64,000 nucleotides of DNA. It comes from Myxococcota bacterium (GTDB lineage: Bacteria; Myxococcota_A; Polyangia; Nannocystales; Nannocystaceae). The notes below the pieces were generated by a model. The model ran no database searches. It was not told where the DNA came from and saw only the letters and a list, made by a program, of their open reading frames with translations. Below, one piece after another: positions 1 to 9,707 of this stretch (the first letter of the stretch is position 1; every line of letters starts with the position of its first letter). Both the position numbers and the translations under genes were made by a program. The stretch lies in NCBI GenBank assembly GCA_039028615.1, contig JBCCHT010000002.1, positions 192,001 through 256,000 on the forward strand, written 5' to 3'.

Positions 1-368
1 AACAGGTCGGGTCGCCGCGCCGCAGCAAAGACCGTCGCGCTCGCCCCCATCGAGTGCCCGATGCCCACCACCGGGCCCGACTGGGTCTGGTCCAGCGCCT
101 CGATCAGATCGTCGGCGTAGTGGTGCCAGCGAAACCACCGAGGAGGCTCCGCAGCGTCGGGCCACAGCGGTCGCATCTCGAGGCCGACGACGTGAAGCGA
201 GCCCGAAAGCGCTTCGAGCAGCCCGCGGTATGCCCCGAAGGGAAAGCCGTTGGCGTGATAGAAGTGCGCGACCGGGGCGGAACGATCGGATCCGAGCTCG
301 TACCACCGAGCCCGCTCACCGCGAATCTCGATGCTTCGCTCTTCGATCGTCTCCGTGGGTTCGTTCAT
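1..368 (-). CDS. alpha/beta hydrolase (partial, runs off window start)
   Basis: Manual translation from ATG at 368: MNEPTETIEE...HFYHANGFP...VVGIGHSMGAS; GHSMG nucleophile elbow; not in ORF track because there is no stop in the window. Confidence 0.85.
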   Translation of the reverse strand, partial: MNEPTETIEERSIEIRGERARWYELGSDRSAPVAHFYHANGFPFGAYRGLLEALSGSLHVVGLEMRPLWPDAAEPPRWFRWHHYADDLIEALDQTQSGPVVGIGHSMGASATVFAAARRPDL

Positions 369-389
369 CCCGGCCCGACTCGCATCCGC

Positions 390-1013
390 TCACGATCGCC
401 CGAGCTGATCTCGGAGCTCCCGGGCCCAGACCTCGAGGTTCGCCTTGGCGGCGGGGCCGTCTTTGGGCGCACGGGCGAGCACCTCGAGCTCCTGCTCGAG
501 CTTCAGCTTGGCCCGCCGCAACCGCGTGCGAATCGTGGGCTCGGGGACCTCGTAGATCTCGGCGATTTCGCGGGCGTTCAGGTCTTCCCAGTAATAGAGC
601 TCGACCACGATCTGCTGTTCGACCGGCAGCCTTCGCAGGGCCAGCAACAGCAGCTGGGACTGCTCACCGTGCGCGAGCTCGGAGGTCGGCGTAGGGCTCA
701 GGTCCTCGACGGTCTGCGCGGTGAAGTCCATGCGAGCGTCGGATTTTGCCCGACGGTAGTGCTCCAGCAGCACGTTGCGAGCGACCCCGAAGACGAAGCA
801 GCGAAAGTTGCCGTCGTCGCGGATGTTGTGATGCACCTCTAGACACCGCAAAAAGCAGCGCTGCACGAGATCTGATCCCGCGGGCCCCACCTTGCTCTGA
901 TAGAAGCGGAGCACGGATCCGTAGTAGCGCCGAAATAGCTCGGCCCCGGATTCCTGGTTCCCGGCCTTCCAGTCGGCCACCAACCGGGCGTCGTCATCGC
1001 CTTGCGTCGTCAT
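390..1013 (-). CDS. ECF-type RNA polymerase sigma-70 factor
   Basis: Region 2 (DLVQRCFL) and region 4 (LYYWEDLNAREIAEIYEVPEPTIRTRLRRAK). Confidence 0.9.
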   Translation of the reverse strand: MTTQGDDDARLVADWKAGNQESGAELFRRYYGSVLRFYQSKVGPAGSDLVQRCFLRCLEVHHNIRDDGNFRCFVFGVARNVLLEHYRRAKSDARMDFTAQTVEDLSPTPTSELAHGEQSQLLLLALRRLPVEQQIVVELYYWEDLNAREIAEIYEVPEPTIRTRLRRAKLKLEQELEVLARAPKDGPAAKANLEVWARELRDQLGRS

Positions 1014-1226
1014 TTCGGCGCAACTTTCGAGGTTGAAAATACTCGATTTTTTTCACCCGAGCGGAAGTTCCTCAAAAAAACCACAACTTGGGTGAATCGA
1101 AACCGGGAGGTGTCGCCACTTCTTGATTGAGTCCATTAGCCAGCCAAGCTGCCCGGAAACGCCATCAGGGGAACACTCATGTCCCCGCGGTTCTGGATGC
1201 TTGCGAAACCGCACGAGATAAAAGCC

Positions 1227-2321
1227 ATGTCCGCCACGACCCGTCTGTTGAAGCTCGCTCCCCTCGCCATCGCCACCACCATCGCCGCCGGTTGCGACCA
1301 CGTCGACGACGGCACCGTCGACCTCTCCGACCTCAACATCGACTTCCGTGGCGGCGACTACAAGACGACGCCGCAGAAGCTCAACACCGGCTACCTCGGC
1401 GAGGAAGACCTGCCGCTCAACAACATGCCCATGATCGAGGGCGGCGACGACGAAGTCGAGATCCTCGACATCCGTGCACGAAAGTGCCGGGACTCCACCG
1501 GCGCCATCATCTCGGGCAAGTTCTCGCGCAAGGCCACCAACCTCGACATCGACGTTCCTCTGAACTTCGCGGGCAAGCTCGTCTCGCTCGATCTGGCGGC
1601 CGTCAACGACCCCAGCATCATCTGCAGCATCAGCGGTGCCCTCTGGGAGAACACCTTCTGGGACATCAAGGTGAGCTACCTGGACGCGGGCGGTGAAGTC
1701 GACGAGATCGTCGAGACCGAGCTGTGGCTCCGCGACACCGACCTCGACGAGCACGGCATGCCCGTGTACCAGTTCAAGGTGAACTACCCCATGGTCAACC
1801 CGGACTACGCCGGCGAGATCAAGTGGCACAACACCTGCGACGAAGACCTGGATCCCGAGGATCCCGAGCATGCCTTCCACGCGTACCTGCTGCCCGACCG
1901 CGAGGTGCAATCGAACGGCACCTACGTCGACACCCCGGGGACCATGTACATGGCGTGCCTGTCCGCCGCGGTCGGCAAGGCCCAGAACTTCGGCTACTCG
2001 TACCTGGCCGGTACCGACGTCGCGGAGCTCGGCTCGCGGATGGTCCGTGCGGACTACTGCGGCGATGGTGAGCCGCACACCGTCGACGGCACCCCCATCT
2101 ACCTGCAGGACGCGCTCGGCGTGTACGGCGTGACCTTCCCCGCCGACGAGCACGCCATCGAGGCGGTCTGGGCCAAGAACGTCAGCGGTGCCATCTGCCT
2201 CGACAACCCGCGCGTCATCGCCCAAGGGCCCATCATGTGCGGCGAGGGCGAGGCGGCCGCTCCCCTGCCGCCCTGCGGCACCATGTCGGGCGACATCACC
2301 ACCCTCGTCCCCGTCGAGTAA
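1227..2321 (+). CDS. ADYC domain lipoprotein
   Basis: Lipobox IAAGC; RMVRADYCGDGEPHTVDGTPI signature; start estimated at ATG 1227. Confidence 0.85.
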   Translation: MSATTRLLKLAPLAIATTIAAGCDHVDDGTVDLSDLNIDFRGGDYKTTPQKLNTGYLGEEDLPLNNMPMIEGGDDEVEILDIRARKCRDSTGAIISGKFSRKATNLDIDVPLNFAGKLVSLDLAAVNDPSIICSISGALWENTFWDIKVSYLDAGGEVDEIVETELWLRDTDLDEHGMPVYQFKVNYPMVNPDYAGEIKWHNTCDEDLDPEDPEHAFHAYLLPDREVQSNGTYVDTPGTMYMACLSAAVGKAQNFGYSYLAGTDVAELGSRMVRADYCGDGEPHTVDGTPIYLQDALGVYGVTFPADEHAIEAVWAKNVSGAICLDNPRVIAQGPIMCGEGEAAAPLPPCGTMSGDITTLVPVE

Positions 2322-2363
2322 CGGATCAGTCGATAGGCTGACCACCCACGGTCGCAACCACAT

Positions 2364-2399
2364 GCGCCGCTCCGATCACTCGGGGCGGCGCTTCTTTTT
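2364..2399 (+). terminator. intrinsic terminator after ADYC gene
   Basis: gcgccgctccga-tcac-tcggggcggcgc stem followed by ttcttttt. Confidence 0.7.
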
Positions 2400-2424
2400 G
2401 GAGTGGTATATCCAGCACCACGCC

Positions 2425-3198
2425 ATGAAGATCGCCGGCCTCCAGCTCGACATCGCCTGGGAATCGCCCGAGGACAACTTCGCCCGCATCCGCCCCTGGA
2501 TCGACACGGCCAAGACCGCGGGTGCACGGCTGCTCGTGCTGCCCGAGATGTACGCGTGTGGCTTCTCGATGAAGACCGAGGCCGTCGCCGAGCCCGAGGA
2601 CGGCCCCAGCACCCAGTTCATCATCGAGCAGGCGAAGGCCAACGACCTGTGGATCGGCGGCAGCGTGCCCGCCGTGGTGAAGGGCAGCAAAAAGCCCTTC
2701 AACACCTTCGTGCTCGCCAGCCCGCGGGGCGAAGTGCATCGCTACCGCAAGATCCACCCCTTCACCTTCGCCAACGAGCACGAGCACTACGAGGCGGGGC
2801 AGCAGTTCGTCACCGTGGACATCGAGGGCCTGCGCTGCACCTTGTTCGTCTGCTACGACCTGCGCTTCGCCAACGAGATGTGGGCCACCGCGCACGACAC
2901 CGACTGCTACCTCTTCGTCGCCAACTGGCCGCAGCGAAGGCGTCACCACTGGACCACGCTGCTCAGCGCGCGCGCCATCGAGAACCAGGCCTACGTGGTG
3001 GGCATCAACCGGGCGGGGCGCGGCGACGGCATCGAGTACAGCGGCGACTCGCGGATCATCGACCCCTGGGGTGAAGTGCTCGCCTCGGCCGCCGGGCAAG
3101 AGACCATGCTGCTCGCCGACCTCGAGCCCAAGGTCGTGGCCCAGGCCCGCAAGAAATTCCCCGTGCTCCGCGACCGCCGAGAGCTGCCCTCGGGCTGA
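2425..3198 (+). CDS. carbon-nitrogen (nitrilase family) hydrolase, omega-amidase-like
   Basis: MKIAGLQLDI start; LPEM, YRKIH and VCYDLRF motifs give the E-K-C triad; ARAIENQ. Confidence 0.92.
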   Translation: MKIAGLQLDIAWESPEDNFARIRPWIDTAKTAGARLLVLPEMYACGFSMKTEAVAEPEDGPSTQFIIEQAKANDLWIGGSVPAVVKGSKKPFNTFVLASPRGEVHRYRKIHPFTFANEHEHYEAGQQFVTVDIEGLRCTLFVCYDLRFANEMWATAHDTDCYLFVANWPQRRRHHWTTLLSARAIENQAYVVGINRAGRGDGIEYSGDSRIIDPWGEVLASAAGQETMLLADLEPKVVAQARKKFPVLRDRRELPSG

Positions 3199-3203
3199 AT
3201 CGC

Positions 3204-5324
3204 TCAGAACCGCACCGACCCCGCCAGCCGAACCATGCGCGGCGGCCCGGCCACGAAGTGGATGGTCGGGAGACTGCTGGGCGGCTGGCTGCGATCCCAA
3301 TACGACGCGAAGTGATACTCGCCATCGCGCCATCTCGTCCCCATCACGTTGTCCACGCTCAGGTCCAGCCCCAGCCAGCGCCACTGGTAGCCCACCGATG
3401 CATCGACGGTGGCCAAGGCCCCCGCGGTCGCCCCATACGATAGCGGCCGCCGCCCCATCACCAGGCCTCGCAGGCCGGCGCGGACCCCCTTGGGGTGCAT
3501 GAGGGTGCCGTTGACCTGAGCGATGAGCGGGGGAGCCCCCGGGATGGGTTCCCCTGTGGCTGCGAAGCGGGCGTGACTGTAGACGATCGATGCACCCATC
3601 CCCAGCCATGCCGTGGGGCGGATCTGGACGTCGGCCTCCACGCCCCAGCGACGCGTGGCACCCTGCTCGATGTTGAAACCGGAGACGTGATCGAACACGC
3701 TCTCGCGCCCGATGAGGGTGCCGAACGCGGCCGCGCCCACGTCGACGAGGTTGCCCGGCGTCCACCGAGCACCGACCTCCGCATTGTCGGCCAGGGTCAT
3801 GCGCGGCTCGCCTCCACGAAAGCGATCGAGATCCTCGTCTTCCGGGACCTCCTCGGGCAACGTGTAGGCCCGGGCCTCGGGAGGGCGGTAGCCGCGGCCG
3901 TAGGCGGCGAAGAGCTGCCAACGAGAACCGAGCAGAGCCTGGGCGGCAAACCGGGGAACCAACGCAACCTGAGTGCCTCCGAACGAATCCCCCGCCTGCC
4001 GACGATCGACGACCCGCGTGTGGACCCCCTCGATCCGAGCGCCGCCCTCGAGCCGCAGCCACGGCAGCGCCCGCCAGCGAATCCCCGGACCCAACCCCAG
4101 CTCATGCTGATGGATCCGTAGGTCCTGGTCCACCGTCCAGATCGCGCCCCGGTCCGTGAGCGCGTCGATCTGTTGATCGATGAGGCCCGCGTGCCAGTGC
4201 CCCTCGAGCCGCAGATCCACGCGTTCGTGCACCGACCACTGGCCGTGCAGGCGCAGCCCTCCCCGCCCCTCGTCCTGGCGCTGGAGGTTGCGATCGCCGT
4301 ACTCGGACCGCGCGTCACCGCGGAAGTCGGACGCGGTCCCCAGCCATCCGGTGAAGTTCTCGTCGAGGGACAGCCGTCGCACCTGCGCGTGCACGGTGAT
4401 CGACAGGCGGCCGCGATCGCGCTCGACCCCGGCATTCACCGCCGCCAAGGCTCGGGCCGACTCGCCGCTCGTGTCGTGCACGTAGGCGTCGTAGAACCCA
4501 ACCCGCCCGCGCTTGTAGTCATCCAGGCGAATCGTGCCGGGCAGGCCGAAACGAGCCGCATAGACGCCGCTGAGCACGTCGACCCATGCCCCGGCTCCGC
4601 CCCACAACCGGGCCTTGGCCAGGGTCGATACGCCCTGCGCCTGGCGGTTCTCGCCGTAGCCCTGATCGGAGAACGCACTGACCGCCAAGAAGCTCTCTTT
4701 GCCGCGCCCTTCGGGTGCGTGCACCACCGTGGCCCGGTGCCGACCGGTCGAGCCGAACTCGTAGCCCAACGTCGTGCCCCGTAGCCCTCGCGGCACGCCC
4801 AAGGCGTACTCCACCGTGCCGGCCGTGGCGAACGCTCCTTGCTCGAGTCGAACCGATCCCTTCTTCACCTCGAGGCTCTGGACCACCTCGGGGATCACGA
4901 ACGACATGTCGAGGTAGCCGTGCGCGTGGACGTTGGAGCGTTCGTTGATGGGGACGTCGTCGACGAGCACCTCCACATCCGAGCCGTGCACCGCATCGAA
5001 ACCCCGGATGTAATACTGGTAGCCCTTGCCCTGATTGCCGTGCTGCACCACGAGCATGCCCGGCACCAGGCGCATCAGATCCTCGGCGGTGCGCTTGGGC
5101 GTGGTGCGTATGGTCGCCGCGTCGACCCGGTGGGACGTGGCCGATAACCCGTCTCCCGTTGTGGTTTCCACCTGAACGACCCGCGTCTCTCCATCGTGCG
5201 ACGCCGTGGAATCATCGACCGGCGCGGGCCCGTCCACCGGCGTGGTTTCGACCGGCGCCGTCTCCTCCGGCGTCGATACGAGCGGTGCAGCGTGGGTGAG
5301 GCTCGGTACCACGAGCCCGAGCAC
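3204..5324 (-). CDS. TonB-dependent receptor (start uncertain)
   Basis: Plug motifs (LVPGMLVVQH...YYIRGFDAVHGSD, VKKG), barrel strands, C-terminal VRF; the longer track ORF to 5666 overlaps the opposite gene. Confidence 0.85.
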   Translation of the reverse strand: MLGLVVPSLTHAAPLVSTPEETAPVETTPVDGPAPVDDSTASHDGETRVVQVETTTGDGLSATSHRVDAATIRTTPKRTAEDLMRLVPGMLVVQHGNQGKGYQYYIRGFDAVHGSDVEVLVDDVPINERSNVHAHGYLDMSFVIPEVVQSLEVKKGSVRLEQGAFATAGTVEYALGVPRGLRGTTLGYEFGSTGRHRATVVHAPEGRGKESFLAVSAFSDQGYGENRQAQGVSTLAKARLWGGAGAWVDVLSGVYAARFGLPGTIRLDDYKRGRVGFYDAYVHDTSGESARALAAVNAGVERDRGRLSITVHAQVRRLSLDENFTGWLGTASDFRGDARSEYGDRNLQRQDEGRGGLRLHGQWSVHERVDLRLEGHWHAGLIDQQIDALTDRGAIWTVDQDLRIHQHELGLGPGIRWRALPWLRLEGGARIEGVHTRVVDRRQAGDSFGGTQVALVPRFAAQALLGSRWQLFAAYGRGYRPPEARAYTLPEEVPEDEDLDRFRGGEPRMTLADNAEVGARWTPGNLVDVGAAAFGTLIGRESVFDHVSGFNIEQGATRRWGVEADVQIRPTAWLGMGASIVYSHARFAATGEPIPGAPPLIAQVNGTLMHPKGVRAGLRGLVMGRRPLSYGATAGALATVDASVGYQWRWLGLDLSVDNVMGTRWRDGEYHFASYWDRSQPPSSLPTIHFVAGPPRMVRLAGSVRF

Positions 5325-5364
5325 ACTCGATATCGCCCACCGACAGGCCCAACCGGGGAAGTTT

Positions 5365-5386
5365 CGTCGATTCGAAAAAATCGACG
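5365..5386. promoter_or_regulatory. inverted repeat in divergent promoter region (candidate operator)
   Basis: cgtcgatt-cgaaaa-aatcgacg, AT-rich relative to context, between the TonB receptor and His-rich genes. Confidence 0.3.
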
Positions 5387-5547
5387 TGACGAATCCCCAT
5401 CCTGCCGCGCTCGGGTTCGGTTTCGGCGTGTCGGCGTCGATATGCGGCCTCTGCCGGGACCCGATCCGCTCGTGGCCGCCACGCTTCCATTCTCCGAGCT
5501 CCCCTGCGTACTCGTGCTCTCGTACACTCGACTCAGCGATCGCCATC

Positions 5548-6339
5548 ATGCGTCGCCCTTTCTCATCGTGCCCACGCTCCCGAGCTGCCACTCGGTTGCG
5601 GCATCCCGTGGGAGCTCTGCTCGCCACGCTGTTGTGGTTGGTGGGTGTCGAGGTCGGGCCGGGCATGCACGTGCTCTTCCACGGCCTGGCGGGACATCAT
5701 CACCACAGCGCCGCCGAGCAGCGGGAATGCGGGCTGCACCGAGCTCGTGACGACCACGAGTCGAAGCCCGCCCACCATCATCACGAGCACGGTCATCGCC
5801 ACGCTCAGGGGCACGCACAGGGGCACCACCACGACCCCGAGCCCGTCGCTCACGCGCACCAACACCGGCACCATCACGACGGCGGGCACGGAGAGGGTGA
5901 CCACCACCGCCCCGGCCCCGAGCCGGTCGCTCACGCGCACCAACACCACGGTCACGCGAGCGACCATGCGCATCCCGGCGAGTCTCATGAACTCGACGTC
6001 GGCCATCCTCATGGCGAACACCACCACGCCACCACCGATGGTGACGACGAGGGCGGTGGATACCACGACCACGGTGAGACCGACGACCACGAAGCCGACG
6101 GTTCGCGACTCGCCGACGCCGGGTCGCTGACCCGCTCGCGAGCGGTGCCGCATGGTCTCGGCAGCCTCGCCCACCGCGACCTCGCGTCGCTCCAGCCCCT
6201 GCCTGCCGCCCCTACGGTCCTCGAAGCTCCGTGGGAGAACGCGGACACGCAGGTCGACCCCGTCATCGCTCCTCGCGATCGTACGCCGACTACGGATCGA
6301 GCCCGCGGCCCGCCGCCGGCCCGGCTCTCCCTAGTCTAG
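5548..6339 (+). CDS. His-rich exported protein with C-terminal RGPP motif (DUF2946-like leader)
   Basis: N-terminal hydrophobic segment, long His-rich tract, ends DRARGPPPARLSLV. Confidence 0.7.
   Translation: MRRPFSSCPRSRAATRLRHPVGALLATLLWLVGVEVGPGMHVLFHGLAGHHHHSAAEQRECGLHRARDDHESKPAHHHHEHGHRHAQGHAQGHHHDPEPVAHAHQHRHHHDGGHGEGDHHRPGPEPVAHAHQHHGHASDHAHPGESHELDVGHPHGEHHHATTDGDDEGGGYHDHGETDDHEADGSRLADAGSLTRSRAVPHGLGSLAHRDLASLQPLPAAPTVLEAPWENADTQVDPVIAPRDRTPTTDRARGPPPARLSLV
5835..5947 (+). repeat. 32-bp internal direct repeat (encodes PEPVAHAHQH twice)
   Basis: 5835-5866 versus 5916-5947, one mismatch. Confidence 0.8.
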
Positions 6340-6490
6340 AGCGCCGCGCTCGTCGTGAGCGCGCACGCATGGTCTGCGCCCCCTCCCTTCACGGGAGTGG
6401 AGGTGTGCCGTCGAACGATCGCGATGAACATCGGCGATCGGTGACGGAACGTGCTGCGAGCAATTCCCTTCTTCGATCCCCGAGATCATC

Positions 6491-7288
6491 ATGATTCCAT
6501 CCATCCCTCCTCGGACCCGCGTCATCGGGTCCGCCACCTTCGCTCTGCTCGCGGGGTGTGCCTTCGACAGCGAGCTCGCCGATCGGGCCGCCGCCCAGGT
6601 CGTCATCGACAGCACCAGCGTGCTGACGTCCCACAACGACATGGGCTACCGCATCGCGCTCACCCGCTGCCGGGTCGCCATCGACACCCTCGAGTTCACC
6701 ACCGACGGCGAGATGCATGCATCTCGGTTCGGGCCCGCCTGGGACCTCCTGGTCCCCAGTGCCTTCGCTCACCCCGGCCACGCCGCGGGCGGCGAGGTCG
6801 TGGGCGAGCTTCCCGGCCGCCACATCTTCGACTGGCGAGACGGCGGCGCCTGGCTCGGCGAAGCCACTCTGCTGAAGGCCACCTACAACGGAGCCAATTT
6901 CAGCTTCACTCGGGCCGAGGTCCACGACGGTCTCGCACCCGACGATCCGCTCATCGGACACACGTTCGAGATCATGGGCGTCGCCACGGTCGACGACGAG
7001 CGCTGGGAGTTCTCGGCGCTCATCGATCAAGACGCGGGGCGCCGCGTGGTGGGCCTGCCCATGGAGCTCGACCTCGATCCCAGCGAAGACCCCGAGCTGG
7101 AACTCGGCCTCCAGCTCATGGTCGAGGATTTCAGCGAGGGGACGACCCTCTTCGACGGCATCGACTTCGCCATGCTCGACCAAGACGGCGACCACGTCGT
7201 GGTCATCGAGCCGGGCACCGAAGCCCACGACCGCCTGGCGCGAAGCACCCAGGGCCACGGCCACTACGGTGTGCTCGTGCACGAGTGA
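6491..7288 (+). CDS. hypothetical lipoprotein with HPGH motif (probable metal-uptake accessory)
   Basis: Lipobox LLAGC; AFAHPGHAAGGEVVGELPG; C-terminal GHGH. Confidence 0.7.
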   Translation: MIPSIPPRTRVIGSATFALLAGCAFDSELADRAAAQVVIDSTSVLTSHNDMGYRIALTRCRVAIDTLEFTTDGEMHASRFGPAWDLLVPSAFAHPGHAAGGEVVGELPGRHIFDWRDGGAWLGEATLLKATYNGANFSFTRAEVHDGLAPDDPLIGHTFEIMGVATVDDERWEFSALIDQDAGRRVVGLPMELDLDPSEDPELELGLQLMVEDFSEGTTLFDGIDFAMLDQDGDHVVVIEPGTEAHDRLARSTQGHGHYGVLVHE

Positions 7289-7393
7289 TCGTGGGAGCTC
7301 GAACGATGACCCCGCGAACCTTCGAGGACTCGTTGCCTGACGAAGGGCAGCCCGAGCACGACGGCTGAACTCGGCCGTCCGTCTCTCGAAACG

Positions 7394-7431
7394 GCCCCTG
7401 GGCGCCTCGAAACGGCGACCAGGGGCTTTTT
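7394..7431 (+). terminator. intrinsic terminator
   Basis: gcccctgg...ccaggggc stem followed by ttttt. Confidence 0.65.
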
Positions 7432-7464
7432 CGATTCCCGCCCGCCCGCGGGGGGGTCACTCCG

Positions 7465-8904
7465 CTAGTTCCGGCGGCGTCGTGCGAGCACCAGTAGCGC
7501 CAGCAAACCGAAGGACGCTGGCCCGCCGCTCGTCGTGCTGTTGCAGGCGCATCCGCCCTCGCCTCCGTCGTCCGCCGCCCCGGGGACGCCCCCGCTGCTG
7601 TCATCGCTCGACGGCTCGTCACCCGTGGTCGTTCCGGGGTCGGTGGTATCGACACCACCCCCCGACGAATCCGCGCTCGGTGGCGGGGGCTCGGGCACGT
7701 CGGCGTTGACCCCGATCACCACCGGCTCCGACATCGCCACGTTGCCGTCCCAGTCCTCCGCAACCGCGACGATCTCGAACACGCCATCGGGAAACGGCAC
7801 GTCGGCGAAGCCATAGGGCGGATACTCGTCTCGCACTGGCTGCTCCGATCCCCCGATGAGCACCCACACCTCGCGCATCCCCCAGCCGTCGTCCTGGGCG
7901 TCGATGTCCACGCTGACCAGGCTGCCGCTCTCGAAGGTGTCACCGTAGGCAGGCGAGGTGATGCGGACCAACGGCGGCTCGTCGTCGGTCACCGCGTCGA
8001 AGGGCTCACCGCAGGTGCTCAGAGCCCCGGATCGAGGCGTGTCGGGGCACCAGTCACTCCACGTGCCGTAGCCCTCCGATCCCCCGGCGAAGACATCGGC
8101 ACACAGCGGCGTGGGATTCCAGGTGCCGTCGAGGTCATGGCATGGCGTGATGTCGATCTGTGCCGTCTCCTCGATCCACGGGATCGCGGGGTGCATCAGG
8201 GCGTGGACCCCCGTGGTCTGGTCGCAGCCAATGAGGCCGGTGGAGACCATCGACAGCGCGCGCCAGCTCCCGTCGGCCATGGCCACGAAGGCAGAGCCAC
8301 CCGAGTCCCCCTGGCAGGTGGACGGACCGTCGCCTCCGATGTTGGCCGTGTTGCCGAAGGTGGTGACCACCTGCGACATGCCCCAGCGCTTGGTTCCCGA
8401 GGAGCCGTCGGGTCCGCCGTCGCCGAATCCGGCGATCGCCACGGGCAGGCCCTCCTCGAGCATGTCGAGCTCACAGCCGAATAGCGGCGGCGTGAAGGGG
8501 ATCTCGGTGACCTCTTCGTCCAGGATGCAGAACGCCCAGTCGTGGGCCTGATCGTTGGTCCCGATGTAGTCGGGAAAGGTGGTGCACTGGGCCGAGACGG
8601 AGCGACCCGCGTTGGAGACCTCGCTGAAACGAATGGTCTTGCTGCCACCCCCGCAGTGAGCCGCGGTCACGACCACCCGGGGATGCACCAGCGAGCCCGT
8701 GCACAGGCCACCGCCGCCGGTCACCGCGACGGTGTCGGGCCAGCCGCAGACCTCGACTTCCTCACCGCCGGTCACGTGGGTCTCGATGGCGTCGGTCGAC
8801 AGCCCCGTCGGGACGCCGACCGGCTCCGCCGCGGCCATGCTTGGAATCGACACCAGCGTGGCTGCCACGAGCCACGGTCCCCACCCTCTCGGACGCGTCC
8901 GCAT
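7465..8904 (-). CDS. trypsin-like (S1) serine protease with Ig-like domain and MYXO-CTERM
   Basis: VTAAHC, DWA and CQGDSGG motifs; C-terminal GCAC + hydrophobic segment + RRRRN. Confidence 0.92.
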   Translation of the reverse strand: MRTRPRGWGPWLVAATLVSIPSMAAAEPVGVPTGLSTDAIETHVTGGEEVEVCGWPDTVAVTGGGGLCTGSLVHPRVVVTAAHCGGGSKTIRFSEVSNAGRSVSAQCTTFPDYIGTNDQAHDWAFCILDEEVTEIPFTPPLFGCELDMLEEGLPVAIAGFGDGGPDGSSGTKRWGMSQVVTTFGNTANIGGDGPSTCQGDSGGSAFVAMADGSWRALSMVSTGLIGCDQTTGVHALMHPAIPWIEETAQIDITPCHDLDGTWNPTPLCADVFAGGSEGYGTWSDWCPDTPRSGALSTCGEPFDAVTDDEPPLVRITSPAYGDTFESGSLVSVDIDAQDDGWGMREVWVLIGGSEQPVRDEYPPYGFADVPFPDGVFEIVAVAEDWDGNVAMSEPVVIGVNADVPEPPPPSADSSGGGVDTTDPGTTTGDEPSSDDSSGGVPGAADDGGEGGCACNSTTSGGPASFGLLALLVLARRRRN

Positions 8905-9077
8905 GAGTCACGATACCGCGATCCGAACGGGCTGCTCTCGCCTTGCGACGCATGGTCGCGGCGTCGGCGTAGAGCTTCTTCTCGGCCCGACCCAGGCACC
9001 GAACAGCGTGAACGCGAAGGCCTCGGTTCGACGTCGACGGGCGCGCGCAGGGGATCGCATCACCCCCGCTGCGGTCG

Positions 9078-9707
9078 TCAGCCCGCGCGGTCTCGGCGAT
9101 CCAACTCGGCGCGGACGAAGGCGGCCATGCTCCGACGCTCGTCATCGTCGGCCGCGGCCAACAGCTGCATGCGAGCATTGGCCTCGACGAGCTCGGACTC
9201 GCTCATCGCCTGCCAAAACTGTTCGTCGCGAATGTCGTAGACGCGCAGCGCTCCATCGAGGCCGTCGTCGTGTCGTCCGTCGTGGCAGGGCGCGCAGTGG
9301 CGGGTCAGCGCCGCCAGGGCGGGCTCCATGGCTTCGAGCTGGAGCTTCTCGGATACGGGCGGAGGCGGCTCGGCGGGCTGGAGGTTCAGCGCATCGTGAT
9401 CACAAGAACGTGCCTCGACCAACGGCGCACTGTTGGCGATGCCGGGCAGGCCGCGGGCCAACAACAACACGAGGATGGCGGCCGCCGCCGCCGCGACGAA
9501 CCCGAGCAGCTGCCGCGACGCGACGGAGCGGGTGCGCGGGCGGGCGACGGGCTCGGGCTCGGCTCCACACTCGAGGGCCCAGGCTTGCGCGACGACGTCG
9601 GCGAAATCGTCTGGAGGCTCGGCGTCTGCCCAAGCGGCCAGGGCCGCCCGCTCGTCATCGCGCAATTGCACGGGCTCCTCGAGCCCGCCGCCGTGTGAAT
9701 CAGCCAT
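9078..9707 (-). CDS. putative anti-sigma factor with extracytoplasmic CxxCH (c-type heme) motif
   Basis: Overlaps the sigma factor stop; EPPDDFADVV cytoplasmic motif, single TM helix, CAPCH. Confidence 0.65.
   Translation of the reverse strand: MADSHGGGLEEPVQLRDDERAALAAWADAEPPDDFADVVAQAWALECGAEPEPVARPRTRSVASRQLLGFVAAAAAAILVLLLARGLPGIANSAPLVEARSCDHDALNLQPAEPPPPVSEKLQLEAMEPALAALTRHCAPCHDGRHDDGLDGALRVYDIRDEQFWQAMSESELVEANARMQLLAAADDDERRSMAAFVRAELDRRDRAG

Noticed and set aside
1040..1100. Imperfect inverted repeat (ttcacccga / ttgggtgaa) between the ECF and ADYC genes
   Set aside because: Plausible promoter element but too weak to assign a function
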